The notes: generated by a model not told the origin, from the letters alone. Counted from the stretch's first letter, positions 20,267 through 29,703 are shown. The stretch is DNA of 64,000 bases from an uncultured Pseudomonadota bacterium (GCA_902785275.1 CACZYB010000005.1:8865-72864); one strand, 5' to 3'. Numbers and translations are program-made.

Positions 20267-20728
20267 ATGAAAGATTTAAAAATAGAAGAAATTACGCTTA
20301 ATACCAGAGTTGCTGCGGTTCAATGCTCTTATTCCGTATTATTTATGGGTGAAAAACTGACAGCAAAAACAATGAAATATTTTAGAACAAAATCATTTTT
20401 ATCGGAACAGGATACTGTTGATAACAAACAGATTGAAGTAAATGCAAAACTTTTTGCCTATTTGGTAAAGGGGGTTATTAAAAATCAAGAAACATTGGAT
20501 AAGGAAATTTCAAAGTATCTAAAGGTTGAACTTTCCAAAAATGATAGTTTGATTGTTTCAATCATTCGTGCCGGAACATTCGAGCTTTTGTTTAGGGATA
20601 ATACTCCTGCACCAATCGTTATTTCCGAATATACAAAGATAGCAAACAAATTCTATTCTGAAAAAAAGACTGCACTTGTTAATGCAGTACTTGATAAAAT
20701 TGCAAAGTCAAAATCAAAACCAGAGTAA
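20267..20728 (+). CDS. nusB: Transcription antitermination factor NusB
   Basis: R.AAVQ..Y, IIRAGTFEL, P..IVISEY, LVNAVLDKIA. Confidence 0.9.
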   Translation: MKDLKIEEITLNTRVAAVQCSYSVLFMGEKLTAKTMKYFRTKSFLSEQDTVDNKQIEVNAKLFAYLVKGVIKNQETLDKEISKYLKVELSKNDSLIVSIIRAGTFELLFRDNTPAPIVISEYTKIANKFYSEKKTALVNAVLDKIAKSKSKPE

Positions 20729-20749
20729 ATATCATTACTTTAAAAAATT

Positions 20750-20778
20750 ACCCCCTTTTTTTTACAGGGGGTGTTTTT
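20750..20778. terminator. Bidirectional terminator
   Basis: ACCCCCT...AGGGGGT stem between convergent genes. Confidence 0.7.
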
Positions 20779-22157
20779 TACAAAGCTTTTTCACATTTTC
20801 CCGCCATCTCACTATCCTTCTTTGCCTTTGATGCTTGAAGAACAGAAAGTGCAGTCGAAGTACCACTTGTTCCTATTGTCACACCAGCTAAGATGTTGGA
20901 TGCAAGATTTAAATTCTTTTCCTTTTTCTTTCCTTCATCACTGTTATCATGACGAACATTATCACTATTTGCCATAAATGATGTTACGGTGCCGGCACCC
21001 GCAGTTGCTGTACCAATACCTGATACAATAGTGTTTGCAGTTGCAAGTTTTTTAAGGGATTGAATGTTGCTTTCATCATAACCGGTACATACGGAAAGTA
21101 TCTCACCAGCCTTAACAACTGAAGCCTTTGTTGGTTCAAACTCATCTGCCTCCGCCATTGACTTTGCCAATTTCAAATCTTTCAAAGCATTGTTACAGTC
21201 AGACATTTTTTCCGCCAACTTTGACGCATTTAAAACTGAACCAATAGATGTTCCAGTTGATACCGCAGATGTCACAGTAGCACCAGCCATAAGTCCAGTT
21301 CTTACATTACCAAAGGTTTTGGATTTTTTTTCATATAGACCTTGCAATGTTTTGCTTTTGAAATTTTCTAATGTTATAGTTTCAAGGTCAGCAATAGTTG
21401 CTCTTGTAATGCTATTTAATTTTGTTGCTATTAAAGAATTTCTTCCTGTATCAAATGAATCTTTATAGTCTTGTAAAACATATTTTAATTCATCGTATTT
21501 ATCTGAATATCTAACATCGATAAGATAATCAAGTTGTAATATCTCTTCTGCCTTTTGTGCTAAAACGCTAGTTGAAGTATTATCTTTTTGATTATAATCA
21601 TCCAAATCTTGTTTTATACTTTCTAATTTCTTTTTCCATTCATCATATTTGTTTGCATAATATTCATCAGACAATTCTATTTCTTCTGTTTTTTTATCGT
21701 TATTCTCTTTTATTGTACCAGATACCAAAGCATCAGCAGCAACCGCAGTACCCAAAGCTGATGATACAGTTGTTGCAACTGTCAAACCAAAGATAGTATC
21801 AATATTTGATTTAATACCAGAACAATAGTTTTGAACTGTACTTATTTTTGCATCTAAATCATTTTTTAATGTTTTACTAACACTTCTATATTCAGAAATT
21901 ACTGAAGGTGTATCATTAATTGTTGGTCTAGTAGCATCATCAACAGTAATATTAACAGTAGTTACTTCTGTATTATTATTTGCTTCTTTTATTTCAGTAG
22001 CAATATTGTTGTTAATATTATTAGCTTCAGTTTTTTTTACCGGTTTTGCAGACACCGCATATCTTTTGGTTTTATTTCTGTGATTACCTGCATTTACAAC
22101 ACAAATATTGCTTAATGTTAAAATTAAACTTAGTGTTAAAATAGAAACATTTCTCAT
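20778..22157 (-). CDS. Secreted hypothetical protein with duplicated Ala/Thr/Gly/Ser-rich helical hairpins
   Basis: 459 aa ORF with signal peptide, GGAAGG Shine-Dalgarno and an internal two-fold repeat. Confidence 0.8.
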   Translation of the reverse strand: MRNVSILTLSLILTLSNICVVNAGNHRNKTKRYAVSAKPVKKTEANNINNNIATEIKEANNNTEVTTVNITVDDATRPTINDTPSVISEYRSVSKTLKNDLDAKISTVQNYCSGIKSNIDTIFGLTVATTVSSALGTAVAADALVSGTIKENNDKKTEEIELSDEYYANKYDEWKKKLESIKQDLDDYNQKDNTSTSVLAQKAEEILQLDYLIDVRYSDKYDELKYVLQDYKDSFDTGRNSLIATKLNSITRATIADLETITLENFKSKTLQGLYEKKSKTFGNVRTGLMAGATVTSAVSTGTSIGSVLNASKLAEKMSDCNNALKDLKLAKSMAEADEFEPTKASVVKAGEILSVCTGYDESNIQSLKKLATANTIVSGIGTATAGAGTVTSFMANSDNVRHDNSDEGKKKEKNLNLASNILAGVTIGTSGTSTALSVLQASKAKKDSEMAGKCEKAL

Positions 22158-22183
22158 AAATTTACCTTCCCTTTTTATATATT

Positions 22184-22382
22184 AAAAAACGCCTTCGTAA
22201 ACGAAAGCGGTTGGGGGCTAGAAAACGTCATAAAGTAATACGCAAGAATGACCGTTTGTATATTGCTACACAAACACACCCCAACCTTACAGTTGGGATA
22301 CGTATTACTTTTCAAAACGAGTTTTCTAGGCTCGCATACCCTTTCGGATACTAAATTTTGCTAAAAAAATCTAACAAAACCT
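22184..22382 (-). ncRNA. Highly structured 5' leader or sRNA of unknown family, ending in an intrinsic terminator
   Basis: Three GNRA-capped hairpins with G-U pairs only on the minus strand; long-range stems CTAGAAAAC/GTTTTCTAG and AAAGTAATACG/CGTATTACTTT; terminator CGCTTTCGT-TT-ACGAAGGCG-TTTTTT. Confidence 0.7.
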
Positions 22383-22388
22383 ACGAAT

Positions 22389-22417
22389 ATAGTACTATAA
22401 AAAAATGATAAAGTCAA
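22389..22417 (-). promoter_or_regulatory. Sigma70-like promoter for the structured leader
   Basis: TTGACT-17 nt-TACTAT on the minus strand. Confidence 0.65.
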
Positions 22418-22423
22418 ATATAT

Positions 22424-22455
22424 AAAAAAACTCCCCATAAAACGGGGAGTAATTT
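22424..22455 (-). terminator. Terminator of map-ppaC
   Basis: ACTCCCC-ataaaac-GGGGAGT stem with an A run on the plus strand. Confidence 0.78.
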
Positions 22456-22472
22456 CTTCAAACTTTTTTTTA

Positions 22473-23393
22473 TTAAAGTTTTGTTTCAAGTGGTGGAACA
22501 ACTTGTTTCTTACGGCTCATCATTCCATCAACCCAAGCACAGTGTTTTTCATCACACTTAATGCCAAATACATTTTCAATCGCAGGAATATCATCTGATA
22601 CAACAAGCATTTCAGATCCTTCTTTCATAATATCTGTAATCAAAAGAAGAAGCGTGTTGTATCCGCCATCTTTGTGAAGTTTTTTCATTTCTTCTAAGAT
22701 AGCAGGTTTCTTGCTTTCAGCCATTGAACCATCGATAAGTTCTATTTGACCTATACCAAATTTTTTACCGTGGATATTGAAATCTTTGAAATCACGGTTG
22801 ATAAGGTCAAGAGCAGAGTCATTTTCAATTGAAGACTTAACCTTTAACATTTCAAGGCCAAGATCAAGAGGTTTTTCAATACCTGCAATTTTTGCAAGTT
22901 CTTCTACTGCTTTTTTATCCCATTCTGTTGTTGTAGGAGATTTGAAAAGTACAGTATCAGAAAGTACAGCACAAAGCATAGCACCAGCAACTTTTGCAGG
23001 GATATTTTTACCTTCTGTTTTGAAAATGTTTGTTATAACAGTTGAACTTGAACCAACTGGTTGACCATAAAATTCAAGTGGTGTCGCATTTTTAAGACCG
23101 CCAAGTTTATGATGATCAGCAACAAAAACAATAGATGCTTTTTCAATATCTTCAGGAAGTTGTGTTGGTTCTGTTGTATCAACCAAAGCAACAGTTTTAC
23201 CTTCAACAGAAGTTATTGTTTCAGGAATATCTAATCCAAATTTTTCAATAATGAATTTTGTTTCTGGGTTGATATCTCCTTGTTTGCATGCAATTGCATC
23301 AACTCCACGAGCTTTAAAAAGTTCAGCAACAGCAATTGTAGAAATAATTGCATCGCTATCAGGGTTTGTATGTCCAAATACATATACAGTCAT
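22473..23393 (-). CDS. ppaC: Manganese-dependent inorganic pyrophosphatase (family II, DHH)
   Basis: VFGH.NPDSD, DHH, LSDTVLFKSPTTT, DFKDF, SRKKQVVP. Confidence 0.95.
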   Translation of the reverse strand: MTVYVFGHTNPDSDAIISTIAVAELFKARGVDAIACKQGDINPETKFIIEKFGLDIPETITSVEGKTVALVDTTEPTQLPEDIEKASIVFVADHHKLGGLKNATPLEFYGQPVGSSSTVITNIFKTEGKNIPAKVAGAMLCAVLSDTVLFKSPTTTEWDKKAVEELAKIAGIEKPLDLGLEMLKVKSSIENDSALDLINRDFKDFNIHGKKFGIGQIELIDGSMAESKKPAILEEMKKLHKDGGYNTLLLLITDIMKEGSEMLVVSDDIPAIENVFGIKCDEKHCAWVDGMMSRKKQVVPPLETKL

Positions 23394-23432
23394 TTAATTT
23401 ATCCTTTCGTTTAGTTATTAAATTTTTTATTT

Positions 23433-24218
23433 TTATTTCTTTTTATTGTATGGAGGTTTTGTATATCCCATTGATGACTTTGTGAAAATTTCAACACCAT
23501 TTTTTGTAATACCCAAAGTATGTTCAAATTGTGCGGAAAGTCCACCATCAATTGTTCTTGCAGTCCAATCATTATCTTCGATATACATTTCCCAAGAACC
23601 AGTATTTATCATTGGCTCTATTGTGAATACCATACCTTCTTTTAAGATAACCTTATCATCCTTTGGTTCATAATAGTGAAGCACATTTGGTGCATCATGG
23701 AAAACTTTACCTGTTCCGTGACCGCAAAAATCACGAACAATAGAAAAGCCATGAGCTTCACCCATCTCTTGAATAACCTTTCCAATTTCAGAAAGTTTTT
23801 GACCTGGACGACAAATTGAAATTGCCTTCATCATAGATTCATATGTAACATCGACAAGTTCTTTTGCTCTATCAGAAACATTACCAACAAGGAACATTCT
23901 GCTTGTATCACCATAGTATCCATCAATAATTGTTGTAACATCAATATTTACAATATCGCCGTCATTAAGAAATTCATTTTTGTTTGGAATACCGTGACAA
24001 ATAACATCGTTAATAGAAATACAACAATGCTTTGGGTATCCGCAATAGTTAAGTGGTGCGCAAATACCACCTTGTTTTTTTGTGTGTTCTGCAATCAATT
24101 TATCCAAATCATAAGTTGATATTCCCGCACAAACATAATCTGTTATAAAATCCAAAGTTTCAGCAGCAGCACGACCTGCAACACGTAATCCTTCAAAATC
24201 TTTTTTATCGTAAATCAT
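23433..24218 (-). CDS. map: Methionine aminopeptidase type I
   Basis: CHGIP, NIDVT, GDTSRMF, GHG, FTIEPMIN, SAQFEHT. Confidence 0.97.
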   Translation of the reverse strand: MIYDKKDFEGLRVAGRAAAETLDFITDYVCAGISTYDLDKLIAEHTKKQGGICAPLNYCGYPKHCCISINDVICHGIPNKNEFLNDGDIVNIDVTTIIDGYYGDTSRMFLVGNVSDRAKELVDVTYESMMKAISICRPGQKLSEIGKVIQEMGEAHGFSIVRDFCGHGTGKVFHDAPNVLHYYEPKDDKVILKEGMVFTIEPMINTGSWEMYIEDNDWTARTIDGGLSAQFEHTLGITKNGVEIFTKSSMGYTKPPYNKKK

Positions 24219-24359
24219 AATATACCTTTTTCTTTTTTATTTTTTCAATATTAAATGATTATAAACATTTTCAAAAAAAAATAAAGAGTAAAAATACTTT
24301 ACTTGCATCTTTAAAAATGATATACTTTAATTTGGTTTTAATAAAGAGGGAAAAATAAA

Positions 24360-25484
24360 ATGCTTGGTAAAAAAAATAATAAGAAAAAACGCATTGCAAT
24401 TTTAACAGGTGGTGGAGATTGTCCTGGGCTTAATGTTGCAATAAAGGCAGTATCTCAATATGCAATGAATAAATATGGTTGGGAAGTTTTTGGTATCAAA
24501 AATGCTTTAAATGGCCTTCTTGATGAAATAAAATTTGATGGCGATGATGCTGATGTTATTCAATTCCGTCCTTCATTTTCATTTGGTGAATATGTTCGTC
24601 AGGGTGGAACATTTTTGGGCTCATTCAAAAAGATAAAAGGTAAAAAATTTAAGGATGTTAAAACAGATGAAGAATTGGTTGAAGTTATATTGCCATTTTT
24701 CAAAAAACATATAAAAGAACTTAACATTGACGGTATGATTGCAACAGGTGGTGATGGTACAATGTTTATGTTAAACTTCTTGTGTGAAAAGGTAAAAATC
24801 CCGTTCGTTGGTATTCCAAAAACTATTGATAATGATACACCAGGGACAGAAATTTCAATCGGATTTTCAAGTGCTGTTGATGCTTGCGTAAATGCATTGG
24901 ATAGTATTTTCTGGACTGCAAAAGGTCACAGACGTGTTATTGTTACTCAAGTTATGGGAAGAAACACAGGTCATTTGGCGATGCATTCAGGTGTGGCTTC
25001 ATGTGCAGATGTGATTTTGACACCAGAAATTCCTTATACTTTAAGTGGGGTTATAAAAAAAGTTAAATCATTAAAAACTTTGGAAAAACGTGATTACGCA
25101 GTTATAGTTGTTGCCGAAGGTGCAGGTGCAGAAAAGGGTAAACCTCTTCCTAAAAATGCAAATTACACAGTTGCAGAATATATTGCAAATGCTTTAGCAA
25201 AAGAAGGTATCGAAGCGCGTGCAGATAATCTTGGATATATCCAACGTGGTGGTCTTCCAAATGGATACGACAGAATGTTAGCATCAGAACTTGGTGTTAT
25301 GGCTGTTGATTTGATGGCGGATGGTTATACTGCAGTTATGGCGGGAATGAAAGATGGTAAACCAGCAAAAGTTTTACTTAAAAACGTATGTAAAAAAGAA
25401 ACTCGTGGTTTGAACCTTTCTTCTCCAATTGTTAAGACAGCAAAAAATCTTGGCATATACATTGGTGAACGTATAAAAAAATAA
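24360..25484 (+). CDS. pfkA: 6-phosphofructokinase (group III-like, probably ATP-dependent)
   Basis: ILTGGGDCPGLN, GGDGT, PKTIDND, MGR, LGYIQRGG. Confidence 0.92.
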   Translation: MLGKKNNKKKRIAILTGGGDCPGLNVAIKAVSQYAMNKYGWEVFGIKNALNGLLDEIKFDGDDADVIQFRPSFSFGEYVRQGGTFLGSFKKIKGKKFKDVKTDEELVEVILPFFKKHIKELNIDGMIATGGDGTMFMLNFLCEKVKIPFVGIPKTIDNDTPGTEISIGFSSAVDACVNALDSIFWTAKGHRRVIVTQVMGRNTGHLAMHSGVASCADVILTPEIPYTLSGVIKKVKSLKTLEKRDYAVIVVAEGAGAEKGKPLPKNANYTVAEYIANALAKEGIEARADNLGYIQRGGLPNGYDRMLASELGVMAVDLMADGYTAVMAGMKDGKPAKVLLKNVCKKETRGLNLSSPIVKTAKNLGIYIGERIKK

Positions 25485-25508
25485 TCGTTAAAAGTATAAA
25501 TCTAAAAT

Positions 25509-25540
25509 AAAACCTCCCAAAATGGGAGGTTGATTTTTTT
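25509..25540. terminator. Bidirectional terminator
   Basis: AACCTCCCA-aaa-TGGGAGGTT. Confidence 0.8.
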
Positions 25541-25751
25541 AAGATTTTACTCTTTTGCTTCTTAGTATTTCTTTTAGTATCTTTATTCTTCTTGCATAAG
25601 AGAAATTTTCATCAAATTCAATCGATATTATACCAAGGCTATCAGCCTCTGCAAGAAGGGAATTATATTTCATCATATAAACTCTTTGTGATCTTTTCTT
25701 TTTCCCATTTTTATTTCTGTATGGAGCAGCATCCTTTTCTATAATATTCAT
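25539..25751 (-). CDS. Small basic hypothetical protein
   Basis: AAGGA Shine-Dalgarno before ATG 25751; 70 aa; fills the intergenic gap. Confidence 0.6.
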   Translation of the reverse strand: MNIIEKDAAPYRNKNGKKKRSQRVYMMKYNSLLAEADSLGIISIEFDENFSYARRIKILKEILRSKRVKS

Positions 25752-25885
25752 TTTAAATCCTTTTTCTTTGTGTGGTAACAAAGAAAAGTTATATCCAAAA
25801 AATTAATTTGTCAATGATAAAAATATTTAATTTTTAAAATATTTGATTTTTCCTAATTTATGTAATAAAATCCTTAGGTATTGGG

Positions 25886-26236
25886 ATGAAAGGCTTTGTT
25901 ATGAGAAAAAAGGGTTGTGTACAAAAAAATAAAGAGAATATTAGAAAGAAACCTACAAAATCACAAAAAAAAATAGATTGGTTCGATTCTTTGTTAAAGG
26001 AATGTGTAACTATTGAAGATCGTTTGAAAAATGCTTCTCTTTTTGAGTTGGAACATTTGCTAAAAGAAGCAGAAACAAAACTTTTATTTATAAAAAACAA
26101 GATAAATCCTTATCCAGAGGACGGTTTATCAGGAAGTCTAGCCACAAAATGGGAAGGTAAAATTTTTTTGGAAAAAATGGCTTGCGAGTCAGAAATATCA
26201 TTTATAAAATCTAAAATAGAAGAAAAACAAAGGTAG
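25886..26236 (+). CDS. Hypothetical helical protein, paralog of the next gene
   Basis: 116 aa ORF; aligns without gaps to 26243-26536; ends KQR. Confidence 0.75.
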   Translation: MKGFVMRKKGCVQKNKENIRKKPTKSQKKIDWFDSLLKECVTIEDRLKNASLFELEHLLKEAETKLLFIKNKINPYPEDGLSGSLATKWEGKIFLEKMACESEISFIKSKIEEKQR

Positions 26237-26242
26237 GTTAAA

Positions 26243-26536
26243 ATGAAAATAAATATACAAGAAGAAGCATATAATTTTTATGAAAAAGAATTTAATACAA
26301 AAAATAAGAAAAAAAGACACGATTCGGATCTTCTTTCTCAAAAAAGACAACTTGGCTTGGCTCGTGAAGAATTGAGAAGAGTTCAAAATGAAAGATGTCC
26401 ATATTCTTCATCAAATGTTTTGGGTGGTCCTGCATTTCAATGGTGTTTGGAACATGATGAAAGAATTGAGATCTGTGAACGAAATATTGCTGATATAAAA
26501 GCAAAAATGAAAGAACTTACTCAAAAACAAAGATAA
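26243..26536 (+). CDS. Hypothetical helical protein, paralog of the previous gene
   Basis: 97 aa ORF; shared N...PY......G..A..W...CE..I..IK.K pattern; ends KQR. Confidence 0.78.
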   Translation: MKINIQEEAYNFYEKEFNTKNKKKRHDSDLLSQKRQLGLAREELRRVQNERCPYSSSNVLGGPAFQWCLEHDERIEICERNIADIKAKMKELTQKQR

Positions 26537-26572
26537 TCTTTTTATTTTTGTATTATAGATAAAGGATTTGCT

Positions 26573-27583
26573 ATGGAAGAAAGACTTTTAGATAGAAAAG
26601 AAATTGTGGAAGATGTTACTCGTGATGAAAATATCCGTCCACTTTCTATTGATGATTTTATCGGCCAAAAAGGGATAAAAGAAAATTTAAAAGTTTTTAT
26701 CCAGTCTGCAAAAAGTCGTAAAATTGCATTGGATCATTGTTTGCTTTATGGTCCTCCTGGTCTTGGAAAAACAACATTGGCAAATATTATTGCAATAGAG
26801 CTTGGCGTTGGATTTCGTGCAACATCTGCACCTATGATTACAAAAACGGGTGATTTGGCTGCATTGCTTACAAATCTTCAACCAAACGATGTTTTGTTTA
26901 TTGATGAAATACACCGTCTTTCACCATCTGTTGAAGAAGTCCTTTATTCTGCGATGGAAGATTTTAAACTTGATTTGATTATTGGTGAAGGTCCTGCGGC
27001 GCGTTCTGTTCGTATTGATATTCCACCATTTACATTGATTGGTGCAACAACAAGAACAGGTCTTTTATCAACCCCGCTTCGTGAACGATTCGGTATTCCA
27101 TTGGCTTTTGAATTTTATACCGATAATGATTTAGCAAATATTGTTAAACGTGCGGGAAAAATATTAAACATTTCTCTTTCTGATAGTGGTGCAAATGAAA
27201 TTGCAAAACGTTCACGTGGAACACCTCGTGTTGCAAATAGACTTTTAAAAAGAGTGCGTGACTTTGCTGTTGTCGATGGTAAATCGGAAATTGATGAAGC
27301 TGAAGCAAAAATCTCATTACAAAAGCTTTCTGTTGATGAATACGGTCTTGATAATTTAGATAGACGTTATCTAAATTTAGTTATCGAAAACTATGCTGGT
27401 GGTCCTGTTGGTATTGAAACACTTTCTGCGTTATTAAGTGAAGAAACTGATACAATAGAAGATGTTATAGAACCATATCTTTTACAGATTGGATTTTTGC
27501 AACGTACACCAAGGGGTAGGGTGATTACAGAAAAGGCTTATAAACACCTTGGACTCGAAAATCTTTTGACTAATAAGGATTAA
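26573..27583 (+). CDS. ruvB: Holliday junction branch migration helicase RuvB
   Basis: [37 protein letters not shown]. Confidence 0.98.
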   Translation: MEERLLDRKEIVEDVTRDENIRPLSIDDFIGQKGIKENLKVFIQSAKSRKIALDHCLLYGPPGLGKTTLANIIAIELGVGFRATSAPMITKTGDLAALLTNLQPNDVLFIDEIHRLSPSVEEVLYSAMEDFKLDLIIGEGPAARSVRIDIPPFTLIGATTRTGLLSTPLRERFGIPLAFEFYTDNDLANIVKRAGKILNISLSDSGANEIAKRSRGTPRVANRLLKRVRDFAVVDGKSEIDEAEAKISLQKLSVDEYGLDNLDRRYLNLVIENYAGGPVGIETLSALLSEETDTIEDVIEPYLLQIGFLQRTPRGRVITEKAYKHLGLENLLTNKD

Positions 27584-27586
27584 AAA

Positions 27587-28042
27587 ATGGAAAATATAAA
27601 GGCATCAAGTGGTATTATAAAAGATAAAAAACATTATTATCCGGTACATGTATTTTATAATCATACCGATGCTGGGCAAATTGTGTATTTTGCAAATTAT
27701 CTAAGGATGACTGAGGAAGCTCGCGTGGCACTTTTCAATATGCTTGGTAACAAAGATATTGAAGGCTATAATCAGCTTAGAACTGTTGGAGATTTTGTTG
27801 TTCGTTCATGTAATGCTGAATATTTGAAATCCGCAGTCTTAAACGACGATTTAGTTGTTGTTTCAAGCCTAAAGGAGGTAGGTAAAGTTCACATAACACT
27901 TACACAAGATATTTATCGTGATGATGAAAAATTGGTAACTGTTGAATTTAAACTTGTATTCGTAAAAATTATGCCCGACGGTTCTCACAAACCAAGTCGT
28001 GTTCCAGAATTTTGGTCAGATAAAATTTCTGAAATATACTAA
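27587..28042 (+). CDS. ybgC: YbgC-like acyl-CoA thioesterase
   Basis: TDAGQIVYFANYL...EEAR hotdog motif; downstream of ruvB as in other Proteobacteria. Confidence 0.82.
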   Translation: MENIKASSGIIKDKKHYYPVHVFYNHTDAGQIVYFANYLRMTEEARVALFNMLGNKDIEGYNQLRTVGDFVVRSCNAEYLKSAVLNDDLVVVSSLKEVGKVHITLTQDIYRDDEKLVTVEFKLVFVKIMPDGSHKPSRVPEFWSDKISEIY

Positions 28043-28051
28043 CTAAATTTT

Positions 28052-28399
28052 TTATTTAGATTTCATATACTCAACTTTTCCAGCTATCTTTAAAAAACGA
28101 TGAGCGTATTTTTCGTTTTTTTCACGTATGTTATAGTACTGTTTGAAAAGTTTTTCGTTTTTATCAATATTTGCACGATAAAAATCAAGAGAGTAGTTTG
28201 CAATTATATTGAACAAAGTGAAATCTTTTAAATATTTAATCGAAAGTTGAGTTAAAACAAAACTTGCCAAATTTAAAGATACTAAATCTCTTTCAATTCC
28301 ATCTAAAATGCTATCATTGATATCCATTTTATTACGTAAAATATGTAATTTTTTAACTATTATATCTAATTCATTAGTATCTTGAGCATTTAAATTCAT
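28052..28399 (-). CDS. Hypothetical protein
   Basis: 115 aa ORF preceded by AAGGATAGGAAC; no family recognised. Confidence 0.65.
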   Translation of the reverse strand: MNLNAQDTNELDIIVKKLHILRNKMDINDSILDGIERDLVSLNLASFVLTQLSIKYLKDFTLFNIIANYSLDFYRANIDKNEKLFKQYYNIREKNEKYAHRFLKIAGKVEYMKSK

Positions 28400-28480
28400 G
28401 TTCCTATCCTTACATTGAAGTTAATCAATTTTTATAATATACAATAAAAGACTTTTGTCAATAAAAATTTATTCTTCTGA

Positions 28481-29077
28481 TTATATTACCTTTTTAATAT
28501 TATTTAAAAGGTTTTCCCATGCATTATTTATACATTCTTTTCTGTGGGCTTCGTTACAGTCTTTTAAACAAAGGTTATCGGATACTATTTTTATCATATG
28601 AACATTTTCAATCATGCATGCAATATAATAGCCTTCCATATCTACAACGCAGTCTTTTTCGGTCAATTCTCTGTTCTCAACAAAATCATCTGCCGTATAT
28701 AATGTACTGTTTTTACAGATATTTTCATCTGCAAATACGGATTTTAGGGTAAAAGTTTTATTTAAATTCTTAACCTTCTGTGGTTCGAAAAGTCTTTTTG
28801 CGCAACTTATATCAATAATATCACCAACATTATATGATGGTGAACCAACATATCCAATATTGATAAATTTATCATTTTTATCAAATAATTTCTCGTTAAA
28901 ACAATTGGTTATGGTTTTTAAAACATTTCCAACTCCAACACCGGTTACCAAAATAAATAAGTTATCAAATTTTTCTGATTTATAAAAATTTTTCTCTATT
29001 TTAAGATTGATATTGAATGATTTTTTTATGTATTCAGCCTCTTCTTCCATTGCGACAAGAAATATAACTTTATTCAT
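28481..29077 (-). CDS. Nucleoside phosphorylase / MTA-SAH nucleosidase family protein
   Basis: VAMEEEA, TGVG, INIGYVG, TADDFV, VDMEG, IKIVSDN. Confidence 0.8.
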   Translation of the reverse strand: MNKVIFLVAMEEEAEYIKKSFNINLKIEKNFYKSEKFDNLFILVTGVGVGNVLKTITNCFNEKLFDKNDKFINIGYVGSPSYNVGDIIDISCAKRLFEPQKVKNLNKTFTLKSVFADENICKNSTLYTADDFVENRELTEKDCVVDMEGYYIACMIENVHMIKIVSDNLCLKDCNEAHRKECINNAWENLLNNIKKVI

Positions 29078-29214
29078 TTTTTTTACCTATTTTTATTTTT
29101 TTTTATAATTTTATAGGCTAATATGTGTTAAGAAAATATTCAATAATTTTGTTAAAAAATTATTTACAAAATATAATTTCCAAAAAGTTTTTTTATAAAA
29201 AGTCTAAAATTTGA

Positions 29215-29243
29215 TTGACTCTTTCGTTTTTTAAGTTTAAGAT
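29215..29243 (+). promoter_or_regulatory. Sigma70-like promoter of the str operon
   Basis: TTGACT-17-TAAGAT upstream of rpsL. Confidence 0.55.
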
Positions 29244-29317
29244 AATTCCACTTTAATTTAATAGATTCTAAAATCTATTGTTTAACATATTGTAAAAACT
29301 AAAAAAAGGAAAAAAAT

Positions 29318-29689
29318 ATGCCAACTATAAATCAGTTGATAAAACATCCAAGAACTGATAAGGTTAAAAAATCTAAGGTTCCTGCAATGCAACAAAATCC
29401 ACAAAAACGTGGTGTTTGCACAAGGGTTTACACAACAACCCCTAAAAAACCTAACTCTGCTTTGCGTAAGGTTGCTAGGGTTAAATTAGTTAACGGTTAC
29501 GAAGTTACTGCATACATTCCAGGTGTTGGTCATAACTTACAGGAACACTCTGTCGTTATGATTCGTGGTGGAAGAGTAAAGGACTTACCTGGTGTTAGAT
29601 ATCACATTATTCGTGGTGTTCTTGATACTCAAGGTGTTGCAAACAGAAAACAAGCACGTTCTCTATATGGTGCTAAAAGACCTAAATAA
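29318..29689 (+). CDS. rpsL: 30S ribosomal protein S12
   Basis: [27 protein letters not shown]. Confidence 0.99.
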   Translation: MPTINQLIKHPRTDKVKKSKVPAMQQNPQKRGVCTRVYTTTPKKPNSALRKVARVKLVNGYEVTAYIPGVGHNLQEHSVVMIRGGRVKDLPGVRYHIIRGVLDTQGVANRKQARSLYGAKRPK

Positions 29690-29703
29690 TATAAGGAGCT
29701 AAT

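Noticed and set aside
22184-22382. Structured region read as a tRNA, CRISPR array or IS end
   Set aside because: No T or D loop consensus, no repeat-spacer periodicity and no adjacent transposase
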